Assembly: GCA_031362565.1 (NCBI GenBank)
Contig: JANLSU010000058.1
Span: forward strand, 69,925-133,924
Direction: 5' to 3'
DNA length: 64,000 nt
Source of the DNA: a bacterium
GTDB lineage: Bacteria; Krumholzibacteriota; Krumholzibacteriia; G020349025
Below are positions 1 to 8,947 of the stretch, piece after piece. Each line of letters opens with the position of its first letter. Positions within the stretch are counted from its first letter, which is position 1. Below the pieces are notes generated by a model that was given only the letters and a program-made list of their open reading frames with translations, searched no databases and was not told the origin of the DNA. The position numbers and the translations under genes were made by a program.

Positions 1-133
1 GGGTCCGGACGCGCCACGATGGGGCGCGTTGTGCCTTGGCCCGCCTCGCCGTGGAGCGGTGCGACGCTCGCTGGCTTGCCAGACGCGCGAGACGCGGTTA
101 GCCTTGTCGCGTCCTCGAATCGGAAGGGCACTC

Positions 134-1807
134 GTGACCGTTCGGAACGTGGGCAACGCGGCGTGCGACTTCCTCGTCGTCGGGAGCGGTGTCGCCGGAT
201 TGCTGACGGCGTTGCATGCGGCACGGCATGGCAGTGTCGTTCTGGTCACCAAGCGCGCGGCCACCGATTCCAACACCAACTATGCGCAAGGCGGCATCGC
301 CTCGGTGATGAGCCCGCTCGACTCCTACGAACGCCACGTCGAAGACACTCTCGTGGCGGGCGCCGGCATTTGCCGCCGCGCCGTTGTCGAGGATGTCGTG
401 CGCCACGGCCCGGCGGTCATTCATGAACTCATGGAGTATGGGGCCCGTTTCACCGCCGGCAAAGGCGCCTTGGCTCTCGGCCGCGAGGGTGGGCACTCCT
501 CGAATCGCATCGTTCATTTTGCCGACCAGACGGGCCGCGAAATCGAGCGGGCGCTCTACGCCGCGGTCTGCGCCGAGCCGGCGATCACCGTGCGCGAGAA
601 CATCCTCGCGGTCAATTTGCTCGGCGGACGCCGGGCTGCAGACCAGCCCTTGGAAGCGAGCCGCGTCGACGGCGCGTATCTCCTCGACGAGAGTTCCGGG
701 AGAATCATGGCGCAAGCCGCGCGGGTGACCGTGCTCGCGACCGGTGGTTCGGGGAAAGCGTATCTCTACACCTCGAATCCGGACGTCGCGACCGGCGACG
801 GCATCGCCATGGCGTATCGTGCCGGCGCCCGGGTCGCCGATCTGGAGTTCGTCCAGTTCCATCCCACCTGCCTCTACAACACGAGCGGCAGCCGCTTCTT
901 GATCAGCGAAGCCGTGCGCGGCGAGGGCGCAATCTTGCGCAATGCGGCCGGCGACGAGTTCATGTCCGGCTATGACGCGCGCCGTGAACTTGCACCACGC
1001 GACGTGGTGGCGCGCGCCATCGACATGGAAATGAAACGCCGCGGCGACAAATGCGTCTTCTTGGATGTCCGCCATCTGAGCGCCGGGCACCTGCGCGAAC
1101 GCTTCCCGAACATCTATGACGCGTGCGAGCGCCAGGGCCTGCATCTGGAACGCGATTTGATTCCGGTCGTGCCGGCGGCGCACTACATGTGCGGCGGCGT
1201 GCTGGTCGACGCCGACGGCAAGACCGATTTGCCCGGCCTCTACGCTCTCGGCGAGACGAGTTGCACCGGCCTGCATGGCGCCAATCGCCTGGCGTCGAAC
1301 TCGCTTCTCGAGGCCCTCGTGTATGCGACTCGGGTCGTGAACAATGCCGTGGCGCGCGGCCTGCTGACGCGCCCCGCACCACCGGCGCCCGATTGGTCCG
1401 ATGCCGGAACCACCAGCGCCTACGACACCGTTGTTCTGGATCATGACTGGGACGCGACGCGGCGCGTCCTGTGGGACTATGTCGGCATCGTGCGGAGCGA
1501 CGAACGGCTGGAAATCGCTGCCGAGCGTCTCGCGGTTCTGCGCCGCGACATCGAGGGCTACTACTGGCGCTACCGCCTGTCGGCGGATCTGATCGAACTC
1601 CGCAACATTGCGCTCGTCGGTGACCTCATCGTGCGTTGTGCGCGCTTTCGGCGCGAGAGCCGCGGCCTGCATCACACGACCACCTGGCCGGACGAGGCGG
1701 CGGCGTTCCGCGGCGACACGGTGTTGTCGCGTTTTGTGGCGCCGTACCTGCTGCCGACCGACGTGCCGGTCGAGACCGAACCCTTTTCCGGGAGTCCGGC
1801 CGCGTGA
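134..1807 (+). CDS. nadB: L-aspartate oxidase
   Basis: GSGVAG FAD motif, YAQGGIA, EGGHS, QFHPT, LISEAVRGEG, HYMCGG, GLHGANRLASNSLLE, RESRGLH. GTG 134 follows GAAGGG. Confidence 0.93.
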   Translation: MTVRNVGNAACDFLVVGSGVAGLLTALHAARHGSVVLVTKRAATDSNTNYAQGGIASVMSPLDSYERHVEDTLVAGAGICRRAVVEDVVRHGPAVIHELMEYGARFTAGKGALALGREGGHSSNRIVHFADQTGREIERALYAAVCAEPAITVRENILAVNLLGGRRAADQPLEASRVDGAYLLDESSGRIMAQAARVTVLATGGSGKAYLYTSNPDVATGDGIAMAYRAGARVADLEFVQFHPTCLYNTSGSRFLISEAVRGEGAILRNAAGDEFMSGYDARRELAPRDVVARAIDMEMKRRGDKCVFLDVRHLSAGHLRERFPNIYDACERQGLHLERDLIPVVPAAHYMCGGVLVDADGKTDLPGLYALGETSCTGLHGANRLASNSLLEALVYATRVVNNAVARGLLTRPAPPAPDWSDAGTTSAYDTVVLDHDWDATRRVLWDYVGIVRSDERLEIAAERLAVLRRDIEGYYWRYRLSADLIELRNIALVGDLIVRCARFRRESRGLHHTTTWPDEAAAFRGDTVLSRFVAPYLLPTDVPVETEPFSGSPAA

Positions 1808-2586
1808 GCGACTCACCGTGGTACGCCGACCGGTTCGACGCCACGTACTTGGAAACGTACGCGCACCGGGACCGTGCCGAAGCCGCTCGTGCGACGCAAG
1901 GCATTCTGGTGCCGCTCGGATTGCAGGGCCGCCGCGTGCTCGATTTGTGCTGCGGGGCGGGGCGTTATCTCGAGCCCCTCGTGGCGGCCGGTGCAGAGAC
2001 GGTAGGGCTGGATTTGTCGGCGCCGCTCCTCGGTGCGGCGCGGGCGGCTCTCGGCGGCCACGCTGCGCTCGTCCGGGCCGACATGCAACGGTTGCCTTTT
2101 CGAGCCGCGTGCTTCGACCGGGTGATCAACATGTTCACGAGTTTCGGATACCTGCCAGAGCCGGACGACGACCGAGCCGTGTTGGAGGAGGTTGCCCGGG
2201 TGCTCGTACCGGACGGGGTGTTCGTGTTGGATACGTTCAACTCCGAGCTCGTGCGCGACGGTCTCGAGCCCGAAACGCACCGCACGGTCGGACGATGGGA
2301 AGTCGTCGAACGGCGCCGTTTGGACGCCGGGCGGGTCGTCAAGGAAATCGCCATGCAGTCGGGGAACGAGATTCGGCGCTATCGTGAAGACGTGCGCTTG
2401 TGGATGCCCGGCGCACTCATTGCCGCGGTGGAGGGCGCCGGGTTCGTGGTCCGATCGACGTATGGCGATTACGACGCCGGCGCCTTCGATGCGCGCTGCT
2501 CACCGCGCTTGGTGATCGCCGCGAGCCGCTCGTCCGCCCGCGGATCTGCACCATCGGAGGCTGCATGCGCGCCGTCGCGGCGTTGA
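1804..2586 (+). CDS. Class I SAM-dependent methyltransferase, probable NmbA-like bacillithiol N-methyltransferase
   Basis: VLDLCCGAGR motif I, ADMQRLPF, NMFTSFGY and N-terminal YLETYAHRD-EA. GTGA overlap with the nadB stop; 3' end overlaps bshC. Confidence 0.85.
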   Translation: MSDSPWYADRFDATYLETYAHRDRAEAARATQGILVPLGLQGRRVLDLCCGAGRYLEPLVAAGAETVGLDLSAPLLGAARAALGGHAALVRADMQRLPFRAACFDRVINMFTSFGYLPEPDDDRAVLEEVARVLVPDGVFVLDTFNSELVRDGLEPETHRTVGRWEVVERRRLDAGRVVKEIAMQSGNEIRRYREDVRLWMPGALIAAVEGAGFVVRSTYGDYDAGAFDARCSPRLVIAASRSSARGSAPSEAACAPSRR

Positions 2587-4082
2587 ATTGGGATGCTTAC
2601 GGCTGGGCGACACCGCTGGCCCGGGCGCAGGTCAAAGGGGACCTGCCGGAGGCGCTGCAGGCGCCGCGGCTGGTGGACGTTGCGCGTACCGCGAACCGCG
2701 CCGACATGCCGGCAGCGTTTCTGACCGCGTTCCTGGCGGAGCTTCCGGCCGCAGAACGGGCTCCTTGGGTGCCGCTTGGCACTCCCGGAGCGCGCGCCGT
2801 CGTTACCGGCCAGCAACCCGGGTGCGCCGGCGGCACCGCGCTCGTGTTGTACAAAGCCGCGACTGCGGTGGCCCTGGCCCAACGCCTCACGCAATCGTCC
2901 GGACGGCCCGTGGTGCCGGTGTTTTGGAATGCCACCGACGACGAAGATTTCGAAGAGATCGCGCGCGTTGGTTGGCTGGATGCAGCGTCGCGGCTGGCGT
3001 TTCTCGAACTGCCGCGCGAGGCGCGGACCGCAGCCGGTTGGGTGGGGGATCTGCCGGCGGCCGGTGACGAAGCCGCGGTGCAGGCGGCGCTCGCCACGAT
3101 CGGCAGCGAGCGTCGCGGCGATTTCACGCTGGGTCTGGCTGCCGATCACGGCGCGTGGGTCGGCGCATTTCTGCGCCACGTGTTCCCGGAACTGGCGGTC
3201 CTCGACGCCCGCAGCGTTGCATTGCGCCGGCATGCCGCGCCGCTCTTTCGGCGCTATCTCGAGGCGCGTGACGCGGTGCCGGCCGCGGTCGAAGCCCAGA
3301 TCGCCGGCGCTCAAGCGCTGGGTTTCGAGCGTACTCTGGCGGCGGCGAGCGTGCGCGCCGGGCTGTACTGGACCCCCGATCGCCGCCGGCAAAAGATCGG
3401 CGATGATTGGACACCGCTCTTGACGGCGGTCGAGCGGGCACCGGAAACCCTGTCGCCGAACGTGCTGTTACGCGCTCTGGTGCAAGACACTCTGCTGCCA
3501 ACCGTGGCGCAAGTCGTGGGTCCGGCGGAGATCGCCTATCTCGTCGAGCTGCGTCCGCTCCGGCGCCTCCTCGACGTAGCCGAACCGGCACTCGTGGCGC
3601 GCCTGACGGCGACTCTGGTGCCGGAGCCGGCTTGGGAGGCATGGCAGGGATTGGGTGAGAGCGCCGAGTCGTTGGTGCGCGGTCCGGACGCCGGTCTTGC
3701 GGCGGCGGCAAGCGAGCGCGAGCGACCAGCGCGTGAGGCCCTCGCGGCCGCCTTCGCCGCCTGGCCCGATCGTCTCGCAGCTCTCGGTGTCCCCGAGGCG
3801 CCAAGAGTTCGCGCCGCGCGCAAGATGCAGGGCGTGCAGGAAGAACTCGACCGGGCGCTGGTCGACGCGGCGCGGGCGGGCCTGCTCGCGAGCCGTCCGG
3901 CGCTCGCCGGGTTGGAAACGCGCATCCGCCCCCGCGGCCAGGCGCAGGAGCGGGTGGTCGCCGGACTGTGGTTGTGCACGACGCTTGGGCCGGCGGTGCG
4001 CACCGCCCTTTTGGAACTTGCCGGCGTGCACCTCGACGCGCTCGCCGGGGATCACGCCGCCCACTACGTGGTGGCGCACTGA
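2565..4082 (+). CDS. bshC: Bacillithiol biosynthesis cysteine-adding enzyme BshC
   Basis: VVTGQQPG, LYKA, VPVFWNATDDEDFEEI, LSPNVLLR, GPAEIAY and QER motifs. ATG 2565 follows GGAGG. Adjacent to bshB1 and bshA. Confidence 0.88.
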   Translation: MRAVAALNWDAYGWATPLARAQVKGDLPEALQAPRLVDVARTANRADMPAAFLTAFLAELPAAERAPWVPLGTPGARAVVTGQQPGCAGGTALVLYKAATAVALAQRLTQSSGRPVVPVFWNATDDEDFEEIARVGWLDAASRLAFLELPREARTAAGWVGDLPAAGDEAAVQAALATIGSERRGDFTLGLAADHGAWVGAFLRHVFPELAVLDARSVALRRHAAPLFRRYLEARDAVPAAVEAQIAGAQALGFERTLAAASVRAGLYWTPDRRRQKIGDDWTPLLTAVERAPETLSPNVLLRALVQDTLLPTVAQVVGPAEIAYLVELRPLRRLLDVAEPALVARLTATLVPEPAWEAWQGLGESAESLVRGPDAGLAAAASERERPAREALAAAFAAWPDRLAALGVPEAPRVRAARKMQGVQEELDRALVDAARAGLLASRPALAGLETRIRPRGQAQERVVAGLWLCTTLGPAVRTALLELAGVHLDALAGDHAAHYVVAH

Positions 4083-4091
4083 GGAGACTCG

Positions 4092-4829
4092 ATGACGATT
4101 TCCGCCGGATATGATGTGCTCGCCATCGGCGCGCACCCGGACGACGTGGAGGCGGCGTGCGGCGGCTGGCTGGCGCAGCTTCGGCGTGATTCCTACCGGG
4201 TAGCGATCTGCGACCTGACGCGTGGCGAACTCGGAACGAACGGTACGGTGGAGGTGCGGGCCGCGGAGGCCGCCGCCGCGGCGCGAGTTCTGGGCAGCGA
4301 AACGCGCCTGCAACTCGGCCTACCCGACGGCGCGATCGACGCACGCGACCCGGAACAACTCGTCGCCGTGGTGCGGGCGTTGCGCACCCACCGGCCGCGT
4401 CTCGTGGTCACGCCGCACGAACAAAGCCGGCATCCCGACCATTCGGAAGCTGCCGCCCTAGTGCGCAAAGCGGTTTTTTTCACTGCCGTGCCACGTTTTG
4501 CGCCCGACATTCCGGCGGCGCCGCGGCCGGTGCGGATCCGAGCGACCGACTATTGGCCGGTGGTGCCGTCCTTCGTCGTCGACGTGAGTGCGACGCTCGA
4601 TCTCAAACTGCAAGCGCTGCGGTGCTATCGTTCACAGTTCGAGCTCGACGCCGCGAGTCAGCCGACGCACTTGAACGACGCTGCCTATTTACAGCGCATC
4701 GAAACCGACGCGCGGCACTACGGCCGGCTCATCGGCGCCGCGGCGGGCGAGGGGTTTGTCATCGATGGCGCCGTGCCGCTCGCCGACCCGGTGCGGGCTC
4801 TGGCGCCTCGGGCGGAGGTACGGGCGTGA
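4092..4829 (+). CDS. bshB1: Bacillithiol biosynthesis deacetylase BshB1
   Basis: GAHPDDVE, DLTRGELGTNG, RHPDH and CYRSQF motifs; GAGGAG SD. Confidence 0.92.
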   Translation: MTISAGYDVLAIGAHPDDVEAACGGWLAQLRRDSYRVAICDLTRGELGTNGTVEVRAAEAAAAARVLGSETRLQLGLPDGAIDARDPEQLVAVVRALRTHRPRLVVTPHEQSRHPDHSEAAALVRKAVFFTAVPRFAPDIPAAPRPVRIRATDYWPVVPSFVVDVSATLDLKLQALRCYRSQFELDAASQPTHLNDAAYLQRIETDARHYGRLIGAAAGEGFVIDGAVPLADPVRALAPRAEVRA

Positions 4830-5959
4830 AGATCGGCATTACGTGCCATACCGGTTCCGGCGGCAGTGGGATCCTAGCCACCGAACTGGGACTGCGCATG
4901 GCGGCACGCGGCCACGAGGTGCATTTCATCGCCCGCGAATCGCCGTTTCGCCTCCCGGGCTACGTCGACAACGTCTTCATGCACGCCGTGGAGACAGTGT
5001 ACTACCCGTTGTTCCAGGAACCGCCGCATTCCCTGTCCTTGGCTTCGAAGATGGCCGAGGTGGCGGTTTCCTACGATCTCGACGTGCTGCACGTGCACTA
5101 TGCGATCCCGCACACGGTCAGCGCCTATTTGGCGAAACAAATGCTGGCGCCGCGGCCGCTCGGGGTGGTCACGACCCTGCACGGCACCGACATCACGCTC
5201 GTCGGCAATCAGCCGATTTTCCAGCGCATCACCCGCTTCTGCATCGAGAAGAGCGATCGCGTCACGGCCGTGTCGGAGTTCTTGCGCCAGCAAACCCTGC
5301 GTACCTTCGACGTCAGCCGCGAGGTGCGCGTCATCCACAACTTCATCGACCTGGAACGCTTCGTCGAGCGTGACAATGCAGCCTTGAGGGGGCGTTTCGC
5401 GGCCCCCGAGGAATTCATCGTCATGCATGCTTCGAACTTCCGGCCGGTCAAGAATATCGGCTTCTTGATCGATGTGTTCGATGGCATCCAGCGGGTGCTG
5501 CCGGCGCGGCTGGTCCTGGTGGGGGAGGGGCCGGAGATCACGCTCGCCGAGCGCCGGGTGGACGAGCTCGGCCTTCAGGCCAGGGTCCGGTTCTTGGGCA
5601 ATCAAGAAGGCATCGAACAACTCTTGCCGCTGGCGGATCTCTTTCTGCTGCCGAGTCATCACGAGAGTTTCGGGCTCGCGGCACTCGAAGCGATGGCGTG
5701 CGGTGCGTTGGTGATCGCGACCTCCTCCGGCGGCACGCGTGAAGTCATCGATGACGGTGTCACCGGTTTTCTGCACCCGCCGACCGATGTCGCGAGCTGG
5801 ACGCGTACCGCGGTCGAAGTCTTGCGCGATCCGGCGCTTCGGGCCCGCATTCGCAGTGCGGCGCGGCACGCTGCGGTGACGCGCTTTGGCGGCGAAACGG
5901 CATGTGCAGCCTACGAAGACGAGTATCGCCTCGCCCGCGAACAAGCGCACGCTCGTTGA
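4826..5959 (+). CDS. bshA: N-acetyl-alpha-D-glucosaminyl L-malate synthase BshA
   Basis: GGSGILATELG, HVHYAIPH, TTLHGTDITLVG, HASNFRPVKN and ESFGLAALEAMACG motifs; GTGA overlap. Confidence 0.93.
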   Translation: MKIGITCHTGSGGSGILATELGLRMAARGHEVHFIARESPFRLPGYVDNVFMHAVETVYYPLFQEPPHSLSLASKMAEVAVSYDLDVLHVHYAIPHTVSAYLAKQMLAPRPLGVVTTLHGTDITLVGNQPIFQRITRFCIEKSDRVTAVSEFLRQQTLRTFDVSREVRVIHNFIDLERFVERDNAALRGRFAAPEEFIVMHASNFRPVKNIGFLIDVFDGIQRVLPARLVLVGEGPEITLAERRVDELGLQARVRFLGNQEGIEQLLPLADLFLLPSHHESFGLAALEAMACGALVIATSSGGTREVIDDGVTGFLHPPTDVASWTRTAVEVLRDPALRARIRSAARHAAVTRFGGETACAAYEDEYRLAREQAHAR

Positions 5960-5984
5960 CAGGCGGCCAGGGCCTTCCTACGAT
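5956..5984 (+). promoter_or_regulatory. Sigma70-type promoter for the selenoprotein gene
   Basis: TTGACA (5956-5961), 17 nt spacer, TACGAT (5979-5984); overlaps the bshA stop codon. Confidence 0.7.
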
Positions 5985-6031
5985 CTCGACAGCGATGCGA
6001 CGCCCCGTGCAGCGGGGGAGGAGGCGAACGA

Positions 6032-7027
6032 ATGAGTGGCGGGTTGCGGCGGTGGTTGTGGCGGGCGGCCGCGTTAGGGGCTTTGCTCGGCGCCGGATGT
6101 AGTGGCCGGTCGGACGATTTCTTGGTGGCCTATTCCGGCGATTGCCAGGGGTATAGCGAGCCCTGCGGATGAACTGCCGCCCGCCTCGGCGGACTCGCCC
6201 GGCGGGCGAGCGTTCTCAAACCACTCTTGAATCGGTACCCGGCGCATCTCGTCCTGGATGCGGGCGGCTGGGCCGAGCGCACCAACCCGGATCGCGCCGA
6301 TTTGCGCTCGCGGTTCGTGTTGCAGGGACTTCACCAGCTCGGGCTCGAGATCGCCAATCTATCGGCGCGTGAGCTCAAGCTCGGTCCGGCGGTGTTGCGC
6401 GCGTTAGCGGATTCGTCGCGCGTCCAGTTCGTGTCGGCGAATATCGAAATTCCCGGCGCCCGCACCTGGCTCAAGCCGTACATTATTTTGAATCGCAGCA
6501 TCGGCGGCCGCGCGGTGCGCATTGGCATCGCCGGTGTGTCGCTTTCCGTCCCGGACGTCGGCAGCCTGTGGCCCGACTCGTTGGCGCCCAAGATCACCGA
6601 TCCGATTGCCGCCGCCGAACAAGTATTCGAGACTCTCAAACCACAGACCGACATGCAGATTCTGCTCGCCTACGTGCCGACCGCCGAACTCGATCGGGAT
6701 TCGACCGAATTAGAGGGCTATGACTTGGTCGTCGCGGGCGCCGGGGACCTGCGTGAATCCCCGCCCGTGGGCAAACTTCCGGTCGTGCTGGCGCCGGGGA
6801 CGCGGTGCAAATTCGCCGGCTGGATCGCGCTGCGGCCCACCGAGGGCACGAGCTACGCGGTGGCCGACGGCGGCGTCGTGCAACTGGACACCAAGGTGCC
6901 CGATGACCCGGCAATGGCCAAGCTGGTACAGCAGTTCAAGGACCGTCTGGGGCCACCAGCCGCCGCCCCTTCGACCCGCCAAACGGTCCCCCCGGGCGAG
7001 GCGCTTTCCCGCCATCCGCTGCCTTGA
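6032..7027 (+). CDS. UshA/5'-nucleotidase-like selenoprotein lipoprotein, 331 aa, Sec at codon 47 (TGA 6170-6172)
   Basis: SD GGAGGAGG at 6017-6024 and ATG 6032. Reads MSGGLRRWLWRAAALGALLGAGC (lipobox)...YSGDCQGYSEPCG-TGA-TAARLGGLARRA...LVLDAGG...FVSAN, in frame with ORF 6227..7027. A SECIS-like hairpin follows the TGA. Confidence 0.85.
6178..6208 (+). promoter_or_regulatory. Putative bacterial SECIS element
   Basis: CGCCCGCC/GGCGGGCG lower stem, small internal loop, GGCG/CGCC upper stem. The GACU apical loop begins 20 nt after the in-frame UGA. Confidence 0.7.
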
Positions 7028-7041
7028 TTCGGGGCCATCGG

Positions 7042-7070
7042 TTGCGCGGGCCGCTCGGCTCGTTTACTAT
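7042..7070 (+). promoter_or_regulatory. Possible sigma70 promoter
   Basis: TTGCGC, 17 nt spacer, TACTAT, upstream of the OMP gene. Confidence 0.45.
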
Positions 7071-7137
7071 TCCCCAGCGGCGGCGCGGCCGCAGTGCACA
7101 AGCCCTTGTCCCAAGCCCGTTTGTGGAGGTCCGCCCG

Positions 7138-7899
7138 ATGAAGCGCAGCCTCGCGCTCGCGATTCTGGCCGTGGTTTTCACGCTCCAGCCGGCCGCTGCG
7201 TCCGAGTGGCTCGGAATGGATGGCGGCTACCTTCGGGCAGCGGGCCGCAGCAACGATTTTGCCCACGACGGCAGCCAAATCGAACTGTACTGGCAGCACT
7301 TCAATAAAGGCCGGTCCGGGCTGCAATTCGGGGCCGGTTATCTGGAATTGGGTCTCGAGGGCGCGGTGCAGAACCAGGTCGCCGAGTTCGCCACCCTGGT
7401 GCGCGAAAAGAATCGCGCCGCACAGTTTCAGGGCGGTCCCGGCGACGGTTGGCTGAGCGCCGAGTGGGGCGTGTTCAAGGCGTCGTATTTGACCACCAAC
7501 CTGATTGTCCGTCCGTGGGCGACGGGCCACGTCGCGCCATTCTTTACGGCCGGTGTGGGCGCCTACAAGTGGCGCTTGCCGTTTCGCGTCAAATTCTATG
7601 ACACGCCGTTCTTCGGCGAGCAGCACGCCTATGACGAGCCCGGCGCCGGAACTCTGTACACCGGAATCATCCGCAAGGATCAGGTGGACTTCACCAAGGA
7701 CGGCGTCACCGGCGGTGTGAACGGCGGCGTTGGGGTCGCGGTTCGCGTCGTCTCGAACCTCCAGGCGACCGCCCAGGTACGCGCCCATCTCCTGTTCACA
7801 TCGGGGCGCGGCAACCGCGAAGAAGGCATCGACGATCAGGACTATCTGAATACCGTGACGTTTTTTCTCGTGCGTGGTGGATTGAGCTACCGGTTCTGA
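7138..7899 (+). CDS. Outer-membrane beta-barrel protein (OMP_b-brl-like)
   Basis: GGAGG SD, signal peptide ending AAA, amphipathic strands (PFFTAGVGAY, GVNGGVGV), C-terminal GLSYRF beta-signal. Confidence 0.8.
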   Translation: MKRSLALAILAVVFTLQPAAASEWLGMDGGYLRAAGRSNDFAHDGSQIELYWQHFNKGRSGLQFGAGYLELGLEGAVQNQVAEFATLVREKNRAAQFQGGPGDGWLSAEWGVFKASYLTTNLIVRPWATGHVAPFFTAGVGAYKWRLPFRVKFYDTPFFGEQHAYDEPGAGTLYTGIIRKDQVDFTKDGVTGGVNGGVGVAVRVVSNLQATAQVRAHLLFTSGRGNREEGIDDQDYLNTVTFFLVRGGLSYRF

Positions 7900-7909
7900 C
7901 TTCCGTGCC

Positions 7910-8782
7910 TCACCGTTGCCGCCGCAAGAGGTCGACTTCCCGCCGGAGGGCGTCGAGTTCGCGATGCATCTGTTGCAGCTCGCGGCGTAGTCCGTCGACA
8001 TCGTCGCTCGGCCGTGGCGTCGCACGGCCGCTCGGCCGAAACAGCGAACCGCGCGATTCAACCTCGAGGCGCAGCGACGTACGCCGTTCGTGGCGCCAGA
8101 CAACGACGTCCACCAAGCCGGAATCCGCCGCGGCGCGATTGGCGAGTTGTTGCCGCAACTCGCCCGTACTGTGGACATCACGGCCGTCGACGCCGAGCAC
8201 CAAGTCACCCGCCTCGAGCCCGCCGCGGTCGCCGGCGCCACCCGGAAGGACCCGGGTGACGAGCGCGCAATCCGGCCGTGGGGCGTGAAAATAGGCCGCG
8301 AGGTCCGCATCGAGGTCGACGAGATCGGCGCCGAACTCGGGCCGGACCTGAAACCAGTCGTTCGGCGACCACGATCCCTGCAGGCGATCCACCAGCGCGT
8401 CCGGATCGAATCCGTCACGGCGTGCCGCGAGCGCGATGTCGACCGTCTGATTCGCGGCTCCCGCCCGCCTGAGCGTCAAGCGCAGGCGCTCACCCGGATG
8501 ACGGTCCTGAACCCGGGACACGAAGGCGGCGCGATCCGCGACCGGCGCGCCATCCACGGCCACGATGACATCGCCGGCACGAATGCCGGCACCGGCGGCC
8601 GGACCTTGCGGCTCGACAACCGTGACTTCGACGCCCGTCTCGTTGGCAGAGGCCTCGCGGACTGAAATCCCCAGCCACGCGCGCCGGGCCCGGTCGAGAT
8701 TCGAGTCTTGCGCCGATGCGGCGGACACCAACAGCAGCATCGCAAGTCCAGCAAGACCGCCGCCGCTCAACCTGATTCGCAT
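7910..8782 (-). CDS. Secreted protein with two PDZ domains and a C-terminal coiled coil
   Basis: Signal peptide (…ASA-QD), AWLGISV…GPAAGAGIRAGDVI and a second GLEAGDLVL PDZ repeat; no protease domain. Confidence 0.82.
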   Translation of the reverse strand: MRIRLSGGGLAGLAMLLLVSAASAQDSNLDRARRAWLGISVREASANETGVEVTVVEPQGPAAGAGIRAGDVIVAVDGAPVADRAAFVSRVQDRHPGERLRLTLRRAGAANQTVDIALAARRDGFDPDALVDRLQGSWSPNDWFQVRPEFGADLVDLDADLAAYFHAPRPDCALVTRVLPGGAGDRGGLEAGDLVLGVDGRDVHSTGELRQQLANRAAADSGLVDVVVWRHERRTSLRLEVESRGSLFRPSGRATPRPSDDVDGLRRELQQMHRELDALRREVDLLRRQR

Positions 8783-8872
8783 GTCGTGGCGCCTTTCCGG
8801 CGATCCGCGCCGCTGAGTTTGCAGCACGATTGGGTGGGCTTGGCCGCAGCGCTCCGGAAGCGGCATCCTCGG

Positions 8873-8901
8873 TTGACCGCCTCCTGGACCCAGGCTATCC
8901 T
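8873..8901 (+). promoter_or_regulatory. Possible sigma70 promoter
   Basis: TTGACC, 17 nt spacer, TATCCT, upstream of the HNH gene. Confidence 0.5.
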
Positions 8902-8947
8902 GACGGCGGCGTGACGCGCGGTGCGCGCGCCGTCCGAGGCCGGGACC

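Noticed and set aside
4826..4880. BshA N-terminal variant CHTGSGGSG suggesting a non-malate acceptor
   Set aside because: The other BshA motifs (GGSG, HGTD, SNFR.VK) are intact; the evidence is too thin.
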